The translations under genes were made by a program, and so were the position numbers. The notes below the pieces were generated by a model that saw only the letters and a program-made list of their open reading frames with translations, was not told the DNA's origin and did not search any database. A stretch of DNA of 64,000 bases, from the NCBI GenBank assembly GCA_965248265.1, contig CBDFJF010000002.1:3395052-3459051 (forward strand), given 5' to 3'. Origin of the DNA: Candidatus Latescibacterota bacterium (GTDB lineage: Bacteria > Latescibacterota > UBA2968 > UBA8231). Every line of letters starts with the position of its first letter. Positions within the stretch are counted from its first letter, which is position 1. Below are positions 29,629 through 38,103 of this stretch, one piece after another.

Positions 29629-30429
29629 ATGGCCCGCCCCTGCCGCAGCACCAACACCGCCCAGCTGGCGGCTGCCCTGGCCCACGTCCAGGCCAAGCTC
29701 AAGTCCGCTGAGAAGTCCTCAGTAAATCCCCACCTCAAGAACAAGTACGCCGACCTGGAGTCCATCTGGAACGCCCTGCAGCCGCTGCTGGGCCAGCAGG
29801 GCATCGCCGTCACCCAAGGCGGCGCTGTGACCGGCGGGGATGTCGTCCTGGTCACCACGCTCATGCTGGGTGACGAGTGGATAGAGTCGCGCATCCCTGT
29901 GCGGCCCGAGACCCAGAAGGGTTTAAACGCCGCGCAGTCTTTCGGCGTAGCCTGGAGCTACACCCGACGCTATGCCCTGGCTGCCATCTGTGGCGTGCAG
30001 ACGGGCGAGGACACGGACGGGGCTACCGACAAGCCATCCGTTCCACGTGGAGCACCGCCCGATATCCCCGAGGACGAGAACCCACCCGAGAAAAACAAGG
30101 CTCCGTACTACCGCTATCTGGAGCGCTGCCAACAACTGAAGAAGTCCCTCGATGACGACGAGGCGTACTACGAAATCCTGGCTGGCTTCAAGCTCAACAA
30201 ATCCAACCAAACCAAGGATGTCAACGTCATGTCCGATGTGGTCGTCGCCCTGCAGGAGGCGGTCGTCGCCCTGGTGGCTGCCCACATAGTGAACGCCGAG
30301 AAAAGGCGCAGGATGTCCAAGGCCACCATCGAGACCAAGCGCAGGGAGCTGCTTACGGATTGGAAGAGCCTGCACAAAAACAGCGAACTGTCCCTGCGCA
30401 AGTACCTGGCTTCCATAGGGGGGGAGTAA
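29629..30429 (+). CDS. erf: ERF-family single-strand annealing protein
   Basis: NPHLKNKYADLESIW, the ERF signature comparable to P22 Erf. 266 aa. Confidence 0.85.
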   Translation: MARPCRSTNTAQLAAALAHVQAKLKSAEKSSVNPHLKNKYADLESIWNALQPLLGQQGIAVTQGGAVTGGDVVLVTTLMLGDEWIESRIPVRPETQKGLNAAQSFGVAWSYTRRYALAAICGVQTGEDTDGATDKPSVPRGAPPDIPEDENPPEKNKAPYYRYLERCQQLKKSLDDDEAYYEILAGFKLNKSNQTKDVNVMSDVVVALQEAVVALVAAHIVNAEKRRRMSKATIETKRRELLTDWKSLHKNSELSLRKYLASIGGE

Positions 30430-30656
30430 TGGGACTACGCGTTACACACAGCTCTGATGTCAACATGGCGTGCGACCACGTAGGCTGCGCCAGTTCCTTT
30501 CACAAAACCTGGGTCAACGATGTCGGGCACTGTTTAATCCTCGCCCGCAACGAAGGCTGGTATATCGGCACCCCCGAGTCAGACGACCCGGACAGACCCA
30601 CCCTCACGTTTTGCCCTACCCACCATTCGAAGGAGGAAAGCAATGCCGCTGTATGA
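30429..30656 (+). CDS. small Cys/His-rich (zinc-binding) protein
   Basis: TAATG overlap with the erf stop. CDHVGC...HC...CPTHH. Confidence 0.45.
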   Translation: MGLRVTHSSDVNMACDHVGCASSFHKTWVNDVGHCLILARNEGWYIGTPESDDPDRPTLTFCPTHHSKEESNAAV

Positions 30657-30849
30657 AGTTGCCCTCATTAAACGCCCCACCAAGAAGGAAGCCGAGGACG
30701 GAGCCGAGGAAACGCTGGTAATGCCGCCGACCCCCGTGCTCTCACGGGACGACCAGTCCGCCGCCATCCAGGCGGTCATGCTCAAGAAGGACGATATCGA
30801 CCCGGCCGACATGCAGCGAGTGCAGGTGCTGGTACGCCCTTTCGCGTAG
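30643..30849 (+). CDS. hypothetical protein
   Basis: SD AAGGAGG then ATG. 68 aa. Confidence 0.45.
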   Translation: MPLYEVALIKRPTKKEAEDGAEETLVMPPTPVLSRDDQSAAIQAVMLKKDDIDPADMQRVQVLVRPFA

Positions 30850-30851
30850 AG

Positions 30852-31064
30852 GTGACGGAGAAGCGCGAACCCGCCGTCACCCGAGAGCTATTGAGTTCGC
30901 AGAAGAAACCGTTTAAACCGCCGCCCAGCAGGCCCTGGACGGATCAGGAAGCGGTAGCCGACTGGTTCGACGGGCACGACCAGCTAACCAGCAATGTGAC
31001 CTACACCGCTGCCCCGACTCAGGCGAATGTCTACATGGCATCAGCGCTGAGCAGCAACACATGA
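30852..31064 (+). CDS. hypothetical protein
   Basis: GTG start. Stop overlaps the next ATG (ATGA). Confidence 0.3.
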   Translation: MTEKREPAVTRELLSSQKKPFKPPPSRPWTDQEAVADWFDGHDQLTSNVTYTAAPTQANVYMASALSSNT

Positions 31065-31327
31065 GCAAGGACACGCTGCGAGCGTTCTCGCGGGATGGCA
31101 AGGTGGTGCTCCAGTTCGGGCCACATGAATGGGACAAAATCGAGTTGCCCGCTGAGGAGGGGCGCAGGCTACGGGATCAGTTGACCATGATATGCCGCCA
31201 CGTCGCCAAAGGGCGTGGCTATTACTTCTACGATGCTAACAGGAGGAAGGGGAGACATGCAGGTCAAATTAGCGGAGGCACTGCTAAGAAGGAAGGAGCT
31301 GCAGCAGAAGGTAAAGCAGCTGGCTGA
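31061..31327 (+). CDS. hypothetical protein
   Basis: ATGA coupling to the upstream ORF. 88 aa. Overlaps the next gene by about 70 nt. Confidence 0.3.
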   Translation: MSKDTLRAFSRDGKVVLQFGPHEWDKIELPAEEGRRLRDQLTMICRHVAKGRGYYFYDANRRKGRHAGQISGGTAKKEGAAAEGKAAG

Positions 31328-31574
31328 AATCAACGTGCGTGACCTCTACGAGGTGAAGGCGCAGCGCAAAAAAGTCACCGACGACGTAGACGACATCGTG
31401 GTCCAGGTACCGCTGCTGACCATAGACCAGGTGACCCACGCCCACGACTGGCACGCCAAGCGGCTGCGGGAAGTGGACGCGGTGATTCAACAGGCGAACT
31501 GGGCCACAGACGTAGAGGTCGCAGACATGAGCGACTACGAGCCCCCACCCGAACTGCAGAAGAGGTCAAGATGA
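31257..31574 (+). CDS. hypothetical protein
   Basis: Strong SD AGGAGGAAGGGGA then ATG. 105 aa. Stop overlaps the SPFH start. Confidence 0.45.
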   Translation: MQVKLAEALLRRKELQQKVKQLAEINVRDLYEVKAQRKKVTDDVDDIVVQVPLLTIDQVTHAHDWHAKRLREVDAVIQQANWATDVEVADMSDYEPPPELQKRSR

Positions 31575-32431
31575 GTCCGAAAACAACCGTCCGCTTAGGC
31601 ATAGGCCTTGTCGGTGTGATGTTCGTGATGATCGTACTGGCTGCCAGCTTTGAAACCGTGAGTACCAACCACGTCGCTGTGGGCCTGCGCTTCGGCAAGG
31701 TAACCGGCGACGTGCTGGACGAAGGGCTACACCTGGTTAACCCGATTCTCGACTGGGACCACTTCAACTGCTTGGAGCAGGAAGTCACCTTCAAGGGCAT
31801 CACGGTGCCCGCCGAGGATCAGATGAAGGCGACGATGGATGTCACGGTGAAGGGCAGGTTCATGCCCGCCCATGCCGTGGTGCAGCGTCGGGAAACCGGC
31901 ACGCAGCAGCAGGTGATCGCCACGCACTTTCAGCCCATTGCACGCGGTGCCCTGCGCGAGGCGGGACGCTCCACGTCGAAGGTCGAGGAGTTCTACGAGG
32001 ACTCCAAGGTTGAGGAGTACCAATCCAACGCCCTGGCCATCCTGCAGGAAGGGCTGTCTGCCAAGGGCTACGAGATCACCGACGTGATCGTGCGAGACGT
32101 GAGCCTGCCCGAAGTCATCACCGCTGCCATCACCGCCAAGAAACAGCGGGAACAGGAGGTTGAGAAACAGCGGGCTGAGCTGAGCCGCATCGAGCTGGTG
32201 GCCGAACAGAAGGTCAAGCAGGCCATCGCGGACCGTGATGCCGCCGTGGAGATAGCGGTGGCCATCAGGGTGACCGCCGAAGCCGAGGCTTACGCCATCG
32301 AGGTCAAGAAGGCTGAGCTAACCGACCAGTACATCTCGTTTAAACTGGCCGAGGCGTGGGACGGGGGACTGCCGAAGCTGATGGGTAGCGGCGTCGTGCC
32401 GTTTCTCGACCTCACCGCGATGACGCAGTAA
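31571..32431 (+). CDS. SPFH/Band-7 (stomatin/prohibitin/HflK-like) membrane protein
   Basis: N-terminal TM helix, SPFH core, then the charged coiled coil AKKQREQEVEKQRAELSRIELVAEQKVKQA... typical of HflK/C and stomatins. 286 aa. Confidence 0.85.
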   Translation: MSPKTTVRLGIGLVGVMFVMIVLAASFETVSTNHVAVGLRFGKVTGDVLDEGLHLVNPILDWDHFNCLEQEVTFKGITVPAEDQMKATMDVTVKGRFMPAHAVVQRRETGTQQQVIATHFQPIARGALREAGRSTSKVEEFYEDSKVEEYQSNALAILQEGLSAKGYEITDVIVRDVSLPEVITAAITAKKQREQEVEKQRAELSRIELVAEQKVKQAIADRDAAVEIAVAIRVTAEAEAYAIEVKKAELTDQYISFKLAEAWDGGLPKLMGSGVVPFLDLTAMTQ

Positions 32432-32532
32432 TGCACCTGTTGCTGGTGGGGGTCGCCATCGGAATTGTCATCGGCCATCTGGTAACAGTGTACTGGCCCG
32501 ACATAGTGCGCAAGGCCACCAAACGTAAATAG
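32431..32532 (+). CDS. 33-aa single-TM peptide translationally coupled to the SPFH gene
   Basis: TAATG overlap. MHLLLVGVAIGIVIGHLVTVYWPDIVRKATKRK. Confidence 0.35.
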   Translation: MHLLLVGVAIGIVIGHLVTVYWPDIVRKATKRK

Positions 32533-32639
32533 CGCGGGGTGCGCTAAATAGGACGAGAAAGGGCGTAGGAAACGCATGAGGTTGGCCGCGTACCTCACCC
32601 AAACGCGAGAAGCATCCGGTTGCTTCGACTGCAATTATC

Positions 32640-32714
32640 GCAACGGTAGCTCACTGGTAGAGCATCAGCCCTGAGAGCTGAGTGTAGCGGGTTCAATTCC
32701 CGTCCACTGCATCC
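32640..32714 (+). tRNA. tRNA-like element (degenerate; possible phage tRNA pseudogene)
   Basis: Canonical D-arm TAGCTCACTGGTAGAGC, perfect anticodon stem TCAGC/GCTGA, T-arm GCGGGTTCAATTCCCGT. Acceptor has 2 of 7 mismatches and C at position 33. Confidence 0.3.
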
Positions 32715-32890
32715 GCCTGTTAAGCGGGTATAGAGACACCCAGGATAGACTGGGGCGAAGCCCGATTGACCGAATCGCGAACGGTGAGACATCCGAACTG
32801 ACCGAATAGCCGCACATCCGACGCCCGAATGCGAGAAGCCCGACTAACCACGTTTCCGACTTTCTCGTCCGACCATCCAGGAGAACCACG

Positions 32891-33304
32891 ATGATCTACA
32901 CCACCGTCACATGGCCACGTGAACGCTGGCCCAACTTCACCTTCAACGAGATGGCCTGCACCCACTGCGGCGTGTGTGATGTGGACGAGCTGTTCATGGA
33001 CACGCTGCAGCTGATCCGCAACGAGCTGAGCACCGCCATGCAGATCACCAGCGGCTACCGCTGCGCCGATCACCCTATAGAAGTCCTCAAGGCGAAGCCT
33101 GGGAGCCATGAGAAGGGTTGCGCCGTGGATGTGGCCTGTTGGGGGGCTCGCGCCTACCGACTCCTACAGGCCGCGTGCAAGGACGACAGGATGGCGGGTA
33201 TTGGCATCCACCAGAGCCCCAAGGCCCCCAATGCCAAACGATTCCTGCATCTGGATCAGCTGGTAGCCGACTATCGCCCGGCGCTGTGGAGCTACGACAA
33301 ATGA
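32891..33304 (+). CDS. peptidase M15A-family (YcbK/endolysin-like) cell-wall hydrolase
   Basis: NFTFNEMACTHCG...SGYRCADHP...HEKGCAVD matches the Peptidase_M15_3 pattern. 137 aa. Confidence 0.65.
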   Translation: MIYTTVTWPRERWPNFTFNEMACTHCGVCDVDELFMDTLQLIRNELSTAMQITSGYRCADHPIEVLKAKPGSHEKGCAVDVACWGARAYRLLQAACKDDRMAGIGIHQSPKAPNAKRFLHLDQLVADYRPALWSYDK

Positions 33305-33654
33305 CCAAAACCGAGGTGTGCGTGCTCATCGACGGGCTGTGGGTCAGCAAGGCTCACCGCGACGGACTGAAGTACAAAATCAAGACCCGCACCTTTACGC
33401 CATCAGATTTGGATGAATGGGGCGGACGGTTTAAACGGGCTCTCGACAAGCAGCAGGAGCTGGTGATGGCCCACGCCAGCGGGGCGGCCGACGCCCAGGA
33501 AGTGCAGGAGTTGTCCCTGGACTACAGCGGCATCGAGCTAAAAAAGAAGAAACGCATGGCTGCAGGCAGGCTACTGCGTCAGGTAATCAAGGAGCAAGCC
33601 GGGTTGACCATCCCCGCTGACCTATCCCGTTCTGCCGTGGAGCAATACGTATGA
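33301..33654 (+). CDS. hypothetical protein
   Basis: ATGA overlap with the upstream stop. 117 aa. Confidence 0.45.
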   Translation: MTKTEVCVLIDGLWVSKAHRDGLKYKIKTRTFTPSDLDEWGGRFKRALDKQQELVMAHASGAADAQEVQELSLDYSGIELKKKKRMAAGRLLRQVIKEQAGLTIPADLSRSAVEQYV

Positions 33655-33989
33655 ATGAACTATCAGACATCCTGGCCCAGGCGGCAGCTGACGCCGAGCA
33701 AGTGCGAGCGGAAGCCATAGATGTCAAGCAAGAAGAGGCGGAGGGCAAGGCGGCCAGACGCCGCCACGTGCACTCCATACCCAAGATGTTCTTTACGTGG
33801 CGCGAGGCGGCCTGGGTATCGGGCATCGGTATGCGGACGCTACAGCGCTTCGCCAAAGAAGGCCAGCTCAGAATCTGCCGTATCGGCGGCGTCACCCGTA
33901 TCCGCCGTGAGGACTTGGACCAACTCGCAATCGACCACATGGTGACTGATGACGACGATAACGGACCCAACATACAACAATCAGTTTGA
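33651..33989 (+). CDS. excisionase-family HTH (MerR/Xis-like) DNA-binding protein
   Basis: FFTWREAAWVSGIGMRTLQRFAKEGQLRICRIGGVTRIRREDLDQL is an HTH_17-type motif. Confidence 0.6.
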   Translation: MNELSDILAQAAADAEQVRAEAIDVKQEEAEGKAARRRHVHSIPKMFFTWREAAWVSGIGMRTLQRFAKEGQLRICRIGGVTRIRREDLDQLAIDHMVTDDDDNGPNIQQSV

Positions 33990-34461
33990 CCAGTATTTCA
34001 ACGAGGATGGCCCGGAACCGATGGACATACGGGCCGATGAGGACGCCGAGGTGCACGCCCGCTGCCTGCGTTATTGGCAGGAGCAGTATGAGGTAGTATC
34101 CAATCGCTTTGACGAAGAGGTGGCCCGCCTGATCGGACGCGCCGAGAAGGCCCTGAATAGCATCAGACGGCGCGAAGCATGGCACGAGGCGTCCCTGAAG
34201 ATGTTTTACCAGTACAAGGGCGAGAAGCGGCTGGTAATGGCCAACGCCACGCTGTCGAGCCAGAAGGGGCGGGAGCGCATCGAGGTGGCCGATATGGACG
34301 CCCTGGAGTCCTGGGCGGTGACTGAGGGCTACGAGAGTCTTCTAAACCGGAAGGTGGACCCCGACAAGGCGGCCATCATGGCGCACGTCAAGAACACGGG
34401 CGAGGAGCCGCCGGGGGTGAGCCTGGAGCGCGGAGAGGATTCCTTTAAGGTGAAATTTTGA
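33949..34461 (+). CDS. Mu Gam-like host-nuclease inhibitor / DNA-end-binding protein
   Basis: C-terminal pattern KRLVMANATL...IEVADMDALESW...DPDKAAIM...GVSLERGEDSFKV parallels Mu Gam (GMDAV...NKEAIL...GIEDFSI). Confidence 0.5.
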   Translation: MTTITDPTYNNQFDQYFNEDGPEPMDIRADEDAEVHARCLRYWQEQYEVVSNRFDEEVARLIGRAEKALNSIRRREAWHEASLKMFYQYKGEKRLVMANATLSSQKGRERIEVADMDALESWAVTEGYESLLNRKVDPDKAAIMAHVKNTGEEPPGVSLERGEDSFKVKF

Positions 34462-35561
34462 CGCTGAGCTTTGAGGCAGTAGACCAAGCGCGGGCGTACA
34501 CACAAACTCGCGGGGTGCCCCATATTGAAACAGCACGTATCGCCAATGCAATGTTTCATCAGCTGCGGCAAGACTCCTACGTCAAGCGGTATACCAGACA
34601 AAGCATCACAAACGCTGTTGGGGTCATAGCAGAGCAGCGCACAATGGCGTTAACATTAACCTCAACTCTGGCGTCAGATTCGCCAATGGCGGACACTATC
34701 GAGTCAAGGGTGTTAACGTCCTTTGACGATGGCGCTCTAAAATTTAGCAATCGCCTTTCGGGGCAAAAAGAAGCCCTCAAAGTAGGTAATCGAGCCGTGA
34801 GTAAAAAAGAAGCCCTGTTTTGGGTGGCCAGCTCAATGCTGATGGCACAGGGGTATCTATGGCGTGATAATATTCGCATGATTGCCGCGCAGGGAACGGT
34901 CCCTGTGCACGTGTTTGGCAGGGACTCTTTACCCTACCCCATGATGTATTGGTGCTTTGAAAATGCAGCGTGCCTTGACCCATTTGACAGAGGGGTTATT
35001 CCAAGACTGCCGCCCAGCGTAAGAGGGGTCGCCGAGCCCGGCGACGAGTTGTCTGGCGATGGGATTTTGGTGATAGACCAAGAGCAATGTGTCGTGATGG
35101 TGCAGATGGGTTCCTTGGAAAAACAAAATGGTGAGTGCTACTGCGTTTGTGACCACTTCACCCTGCCTTACGGACTGAGGTTCCCTGACGACTTCCCAGC
35201 CCAAACACGGGAACCGATACGAGTGCTCCTTGCCTTGCTATCGTTCCTTAATTCACCATTCATCGAAAAAAAACGAGAACGACCTAACCGTACAAGCAGG
35301 CGCGCAGCTCAACGCGAAAACGGCGAAGAAAACTCGCCCGATGTCTTTGTCGTTAAGCTACGACAGCCCGCCCACGCAACGGCAGCAAAAAAAGGCGGCG
35401 AGGTGGACGTAGACTGGAAGCATCAATGGCTGGTGCGAGGCCACCATCGCGCACAGTGGTATCCGTCAACGCAAACGCACAAGGTGATCTGGATTGCGCC
35501 CTACGTGAAGGGACCAGAAGATGCGCCCATGCTGGAGAAGGTGTACGATGTCGTGCGGTAG
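34458..35561 (+). CDS. hypothetical protein on locally lower-GC DNA (moron candidate)
   Basis: 367-aa ORF at about 50% GC in a 60-65% GC context. Cys cluster ECYCVCDH. C-terminal WLVRGHHRAQWYPSTQTHKVIWIAPYVKGP. No recognised domain. Confidence 0.5.
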   Translation: MTLSFEAVDQARAYTQTRGVPHIETARIANAMFHQLRQDSYVKRYTRQSITNAVGVIAEQRTMALTLTSTLASDSPMADTIESRVLTSFDDGALKFSNRLSGQKEALKVGNRAVSKKEALFWVASSMLMAQGYLWRDNIRMIAAQGTVPVHVFGRDSLPYPMMYWCFENAACLDPFDRGVIPRLPPSVRGVAEPGDELSGDGILVIDQEQCVVMVQMGSLEKQNGECYCVCDHFTLPYGLRFPDDFPAQTREPIRVLLALLSFLNSPFIEKKRERPNRTSRRAAQRENGEENSPDVFVVKLRQPAHATAAKKGGEVDVDWKHQWLVRGHHRAQWYPSTQTHKVIWIAPYVKGPEDAPMLEKVYDVVR

Positions 35562-35582
35562 TCCCGATAACGAGGGTTATCG

Positions 35583-35759
35583 TTAGTCCGTAACAATCCG
35601 CTCGTTGACGTACGCCTCTACATCCTGCCGCTTGATCCGCACACACTTGCCCAGCTTGATGTGCGGCAATTCCTTCCGCTGCAACAGCAAGCGGATGTAG
35701 CGCGGTGTTACCTGCCACATCTCCGCAACCTCATCCACCGTCATCAGCTGTTCCATCGC
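35583..35759 (-). CDS. AlpA/Xis-like HTH DNA-binding protein
   Basis: MTVDEVAEMWQVTPRYIRLLLQRKELPHIKLGKCVRIKRQDV. The ORF extends to 35837; an internal Met is the likely start. Confidence 0.5.
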   Translation of the reverse strand, partial: AMEQLMTVDEVAEMWQVTPRYIRLLLQRKELPHIKLGKCVRIKRQDVEAYVNERIVTD

Positions 35760-35788
35760 AGACCCATCATAAGAGGCCTTATCGTTAG

Positions 35789-36001
35789 TCACGCATCGGC
35801 GCAGCAGCTGGGCACCCAATCCTGCGTGTAGTCGCAATCGAGGCAGTACAACCCACCCCGCCCCACGCGCAGTGGCCGATGGCTGTGCCCTCCGTCACCG
35901 CAAGTTAGCTCATGGAAATTTGGGTTTTCCTGCCACCGTCTAATGGCGTCGATTTCATACTGTGAAAATGGTGCCTTAACTTGCGGCATCTTACTACTCA
36001 T
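35789..36001 (-). CDS. small Cys-rich protein
   Basis: 70-aa ORF with CGDGGHSH...CLDC...CC. Confidence 0.35.
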   Translation of the reverse strand: MSSKMPQVKAPFSQYEIDAIRRWQENPNFHELTCGDGGHSHRPLRVGRGGLYCLDCDYTQDWVPSCCADA

Positions 36002-36019
36002 AATAGGTGTTATCGTTCG

Positions 36020-36220
36020 TCAGTCCCCGTACGACAGGCACAGCTTGCACATGCACGGGCCGTCGTAGCCTTCGGGGTGCTCGTCCAACAGCTTCGTCAT
36101 ATCAAGAAGCGCGTCACGCTCTTGCTTCCAAGGCTGCAGTTCCGTCATCACATCGAGCATGGCGCGAGCAAACAAATCAATCGCACCCTTGAGTTGGTCA
36201 TATTCGCGCTGGCTGTTCAA
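36020..36220 (-). CDS. hypothetical protein
   Basis: 66-aa ORF in the leftward operon. Confidence 0.35.
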   Translation of the reverse strand: MNSQREYDQLKGAIDLFARAMLDVMTELQPWKQERDALLDMTKLLDEHPEGYDGPCMCKLCLSYGD

Positions 36221-36432
36221 GGTTCCCTGCCCAGTTCCGTTAGTGCATTTTCAAACCGGCGAGCCATCGCCTCATTCCAGTTCCTTCCTGACCGCTCCAG
36301 ATGAGACAGGTGCCCTTGGGTTATTTCCATGCAGTGGGCAACTTTGCTCAGCGATAGGCCAGCCGCTTCGCGCATTTTACGCGCTCGCTCGCCTGCCCCG
36401 GTGCCGTCAATCCTACCAAGTTCAAACCGCAT
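36217..36432 (-). CDS. Cro/XRE-like HTH regulator
   Basis: AGLSLSKVAHCMEITQGHLSHLERSG is a helix-turn-helix. Confidence 0.55.
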   Translation of the reverse strand: MRFELGRIDGTGAGERARKMREAAGLSLSKVAHCMEITQGHLSHLERSGRNWNEAMARRFENALTELGREP

Positions 36433-36459
36433 TTTGACTCCCTTTAATCGGAATTATCG

Positions 36460-36705
36460 TTAGTCCGTCGGCACATCAGGGTCATTCTCGATTCTATCCT
36501 GCAGCCATTCGTTTGTCATCCCATAGTGGTCAATCGGCTCCACCAATACTGGCAGCGGGCACCACGACGCCCGGAACTTTCGCACATCAAGCTCGGCGTA
36601 AATTGCCTGCCCATCTTTACCCGGCGCATAACATCGAGGCGGGTCGGGATCGGCCAGCCACTGACCCGAGAAGAACGGGCAGTCCTTGCAGGCTTTAACT
36701 TTCAT
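36460..36705 (-). CDS. hypothetical Cys-containing protein
   Basis: 81-aa ORF with CKDCPFF...C...C. Confidence 0.35.
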   Translation of the reverse strand: MKVKACKDCPFFSGQWLADPDPPRCYAPGKDGQAIYAELDVRKFRASWCPLPVLVEPIDHYGMTNEWLQDRIENDPDVPTD

Positions 36706-36907
36706 CAGGGGGATACCCGTCGTCTGCAGGGTGATAGTCAGGGTCAGCCAGCTGCTGAAATTCTTCCCACGTCATGCGCTCAACCTCAACATCATAGCGG
36801 CGCAGCCTGTCTTCCACGTCCTCCCATCGACCCTGCAGCTCGGGGCGCTGCTCACCATCGTTGCCAATGACGATGACCATCCCATTGGGAAACCTGAACG
36901 CTTTCAT
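36695..36907 (-). CDS. hypothetical protein
   Basis: SD GGAGG then ATG (MKAFRFPNGMVIVIGNDGEQ...). 70 aa. Confidence 0.4.
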   Translation of the reverse strand: MKAFRFPNGMVIVIGNDGEQRPELQGRWEDVEDRLRRYDVEVERMTWEEFQQLADPDYHPADDGYPPDES

Positions 36908-37179
36908 GCTGTGTCCTCCACGAAGGCATCCATCGCCCTTGCCAAAATCCCCAAACACCGCTTGCAGGAGACAAGATGGTACGTCTCTGTGACCAACGGG
37001 AACTGAGGGTTCCCCTGCCAGTTCTTGGGGAGCGTGCCGCACAAAGCCTCACCCCGAAACACGTTGTCAACCGGCGTCGAAATCCTGAGCGTCCCCCGAG
37101 CCATGTGACACTTATTCATGGGGCGACCCATCCGTGCGGGGACTCGGGCATCCCAGCATCGACGTAGCAGGGTGTGCAC
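36904..37179 (-). CDS. hypothetical protein
   Basis: 91-aa ORF with a 4-nt overlap to the downstream gene. Confidence 0.3.
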   Translation of the reverse strand: MHTLLRRCWDARVPARMGRPMNKCHMARGTLRISTPVDNVFRGEALCGTLPKNWQGNPQFPLVTETYHLVSCKRCLGILARAMDAFVEDTA

Positions 37180-37328
37180 AGAAAATGCCCGTTCCGCCGG
37201 TTGTAGGTGCCCTCTTCCCGTTGCACGTACTCAAAAGCAGATATGCCCTCCTCTGCTGCCAGTTCCACGCACTCCTCCAGTTCATGGGGCACCTTCCCGC
37301 ACCCGATGCAGATGGCAACCACCATCAC
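37116..37328 (-). CDS. zinc-ribbon protein
   Basis: CIGCGK...CTPC. Confidence 0.35.
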   Translation of the reverse strand: MMVVAICIGCGKVPHELEECVELAAEEGISAFEYVQREEGTYNRRNGHFLCTPCYVDAGMPESPHGWVAP

Positions 37329-37819
37329 GCAGCCTCAAAGTATCGCACCGCACATGCCGGGTGCAGCGGCACCTCCGTCCTGCGCATGAACTGACCGCAC
37401 TGCCGACAGCGCCCTCGCAGCGGCGGCATCACCACCTCTGGCTCCTCCCCATCCGCTTCGCTGGCATTGATGACGAGCCACTTGACGAACAGCTCCAGCG
37501 GCAACGCCAACACCTCGTGTTGCTTGACCTTCTGCGTTCCCAGCCACCTGATGAACTCCTCCAGAAGATCAGAGGCATTGACGTACTTGTTGAACTCACG
37601 AGGAGCACCCACGGGCGGCTGCTGGTTGGTGATGCTGGCCTGCGGGTTGGTAGTCAGGGTTATGCCGTTGTTGGTACCGATCCGAAAGCTTTGAGTGGGA
37701 GTTGCCGTGCCCGTGGTCCAGTTTGCGGTTACCCAGTTTGCAGTCGTAGTCGTGGCAGCGCTGTTCTGCGTGGCGTTAAACCACGACTGTAATGCGTGCT
37801 GTTGCATTTGAGGATTCAT
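37325..37819 (-). CDS. hypothetical protein with Thr/Asn-rich N-terminus and C-terminal zinc ribbon
   Basis: 164 aa with CRQCGQ...C. Confidence 0.45.
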   Translation of the reverse strand: MNPQMQQHALQSWFNATQNSAATTTTANWVTANWTTGTATPTQSFRIGTNNGITLTTNPQASITNQQPPVGAPREFNKYVNASDLLEEFIRWLGTQKVKQHEVLALPLELFVKWLVINASEADGEEPEVVMPPLRGRCRQCGQFMRRTEVPLHPACAVRYFEAA

Positions 37820-38103
37820 AGGGTAGCGTCCAATCGGCTAAGCCATGAGTCTCTGATAAACGCGGCTGCGGTACTGGTCTGCATGGGCAAGCTGCCCGAC
37901 TTCCACACGCAGCGCTTCTCCACGTCGATGCGCTGCTCACGTGAATCCCACCGGTCGTCAGTAATCTCGCCCTTCTTGATGACGCGGCAGTGCTCGTGCC
38001 CGCAGTGCGGACACTCGACAATGTGGTTGCCATCCAGCTCGTCATCCAACTGCGCGATGAAACTCTTGTGGCAGTTGGTGCAGTTCATGTCGGTGCGGAT
38101 CAT
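37816..38103 (-). CDS. zinc-ribbon protein
   Basis: CTNCHK...CPHCGHEHC. Confidence 0.4.
   Translation of the reverse strand: MIRTDMNCTNCHKSFIAQLDDELDGNHIVECPHCGHEHCRVIKKGEITDDRWDSREQRIDVEKRCVWKSGSLPMQTSTAAAFIRDSWLSRLDATL

Noticed and set aside
32755-32880. Iteron-type origin repeats
   Set aside because: The CCGA(A/C) pentamers recur at irregular spacing without a consistent longer unit. Insufficient evidence for iterons.
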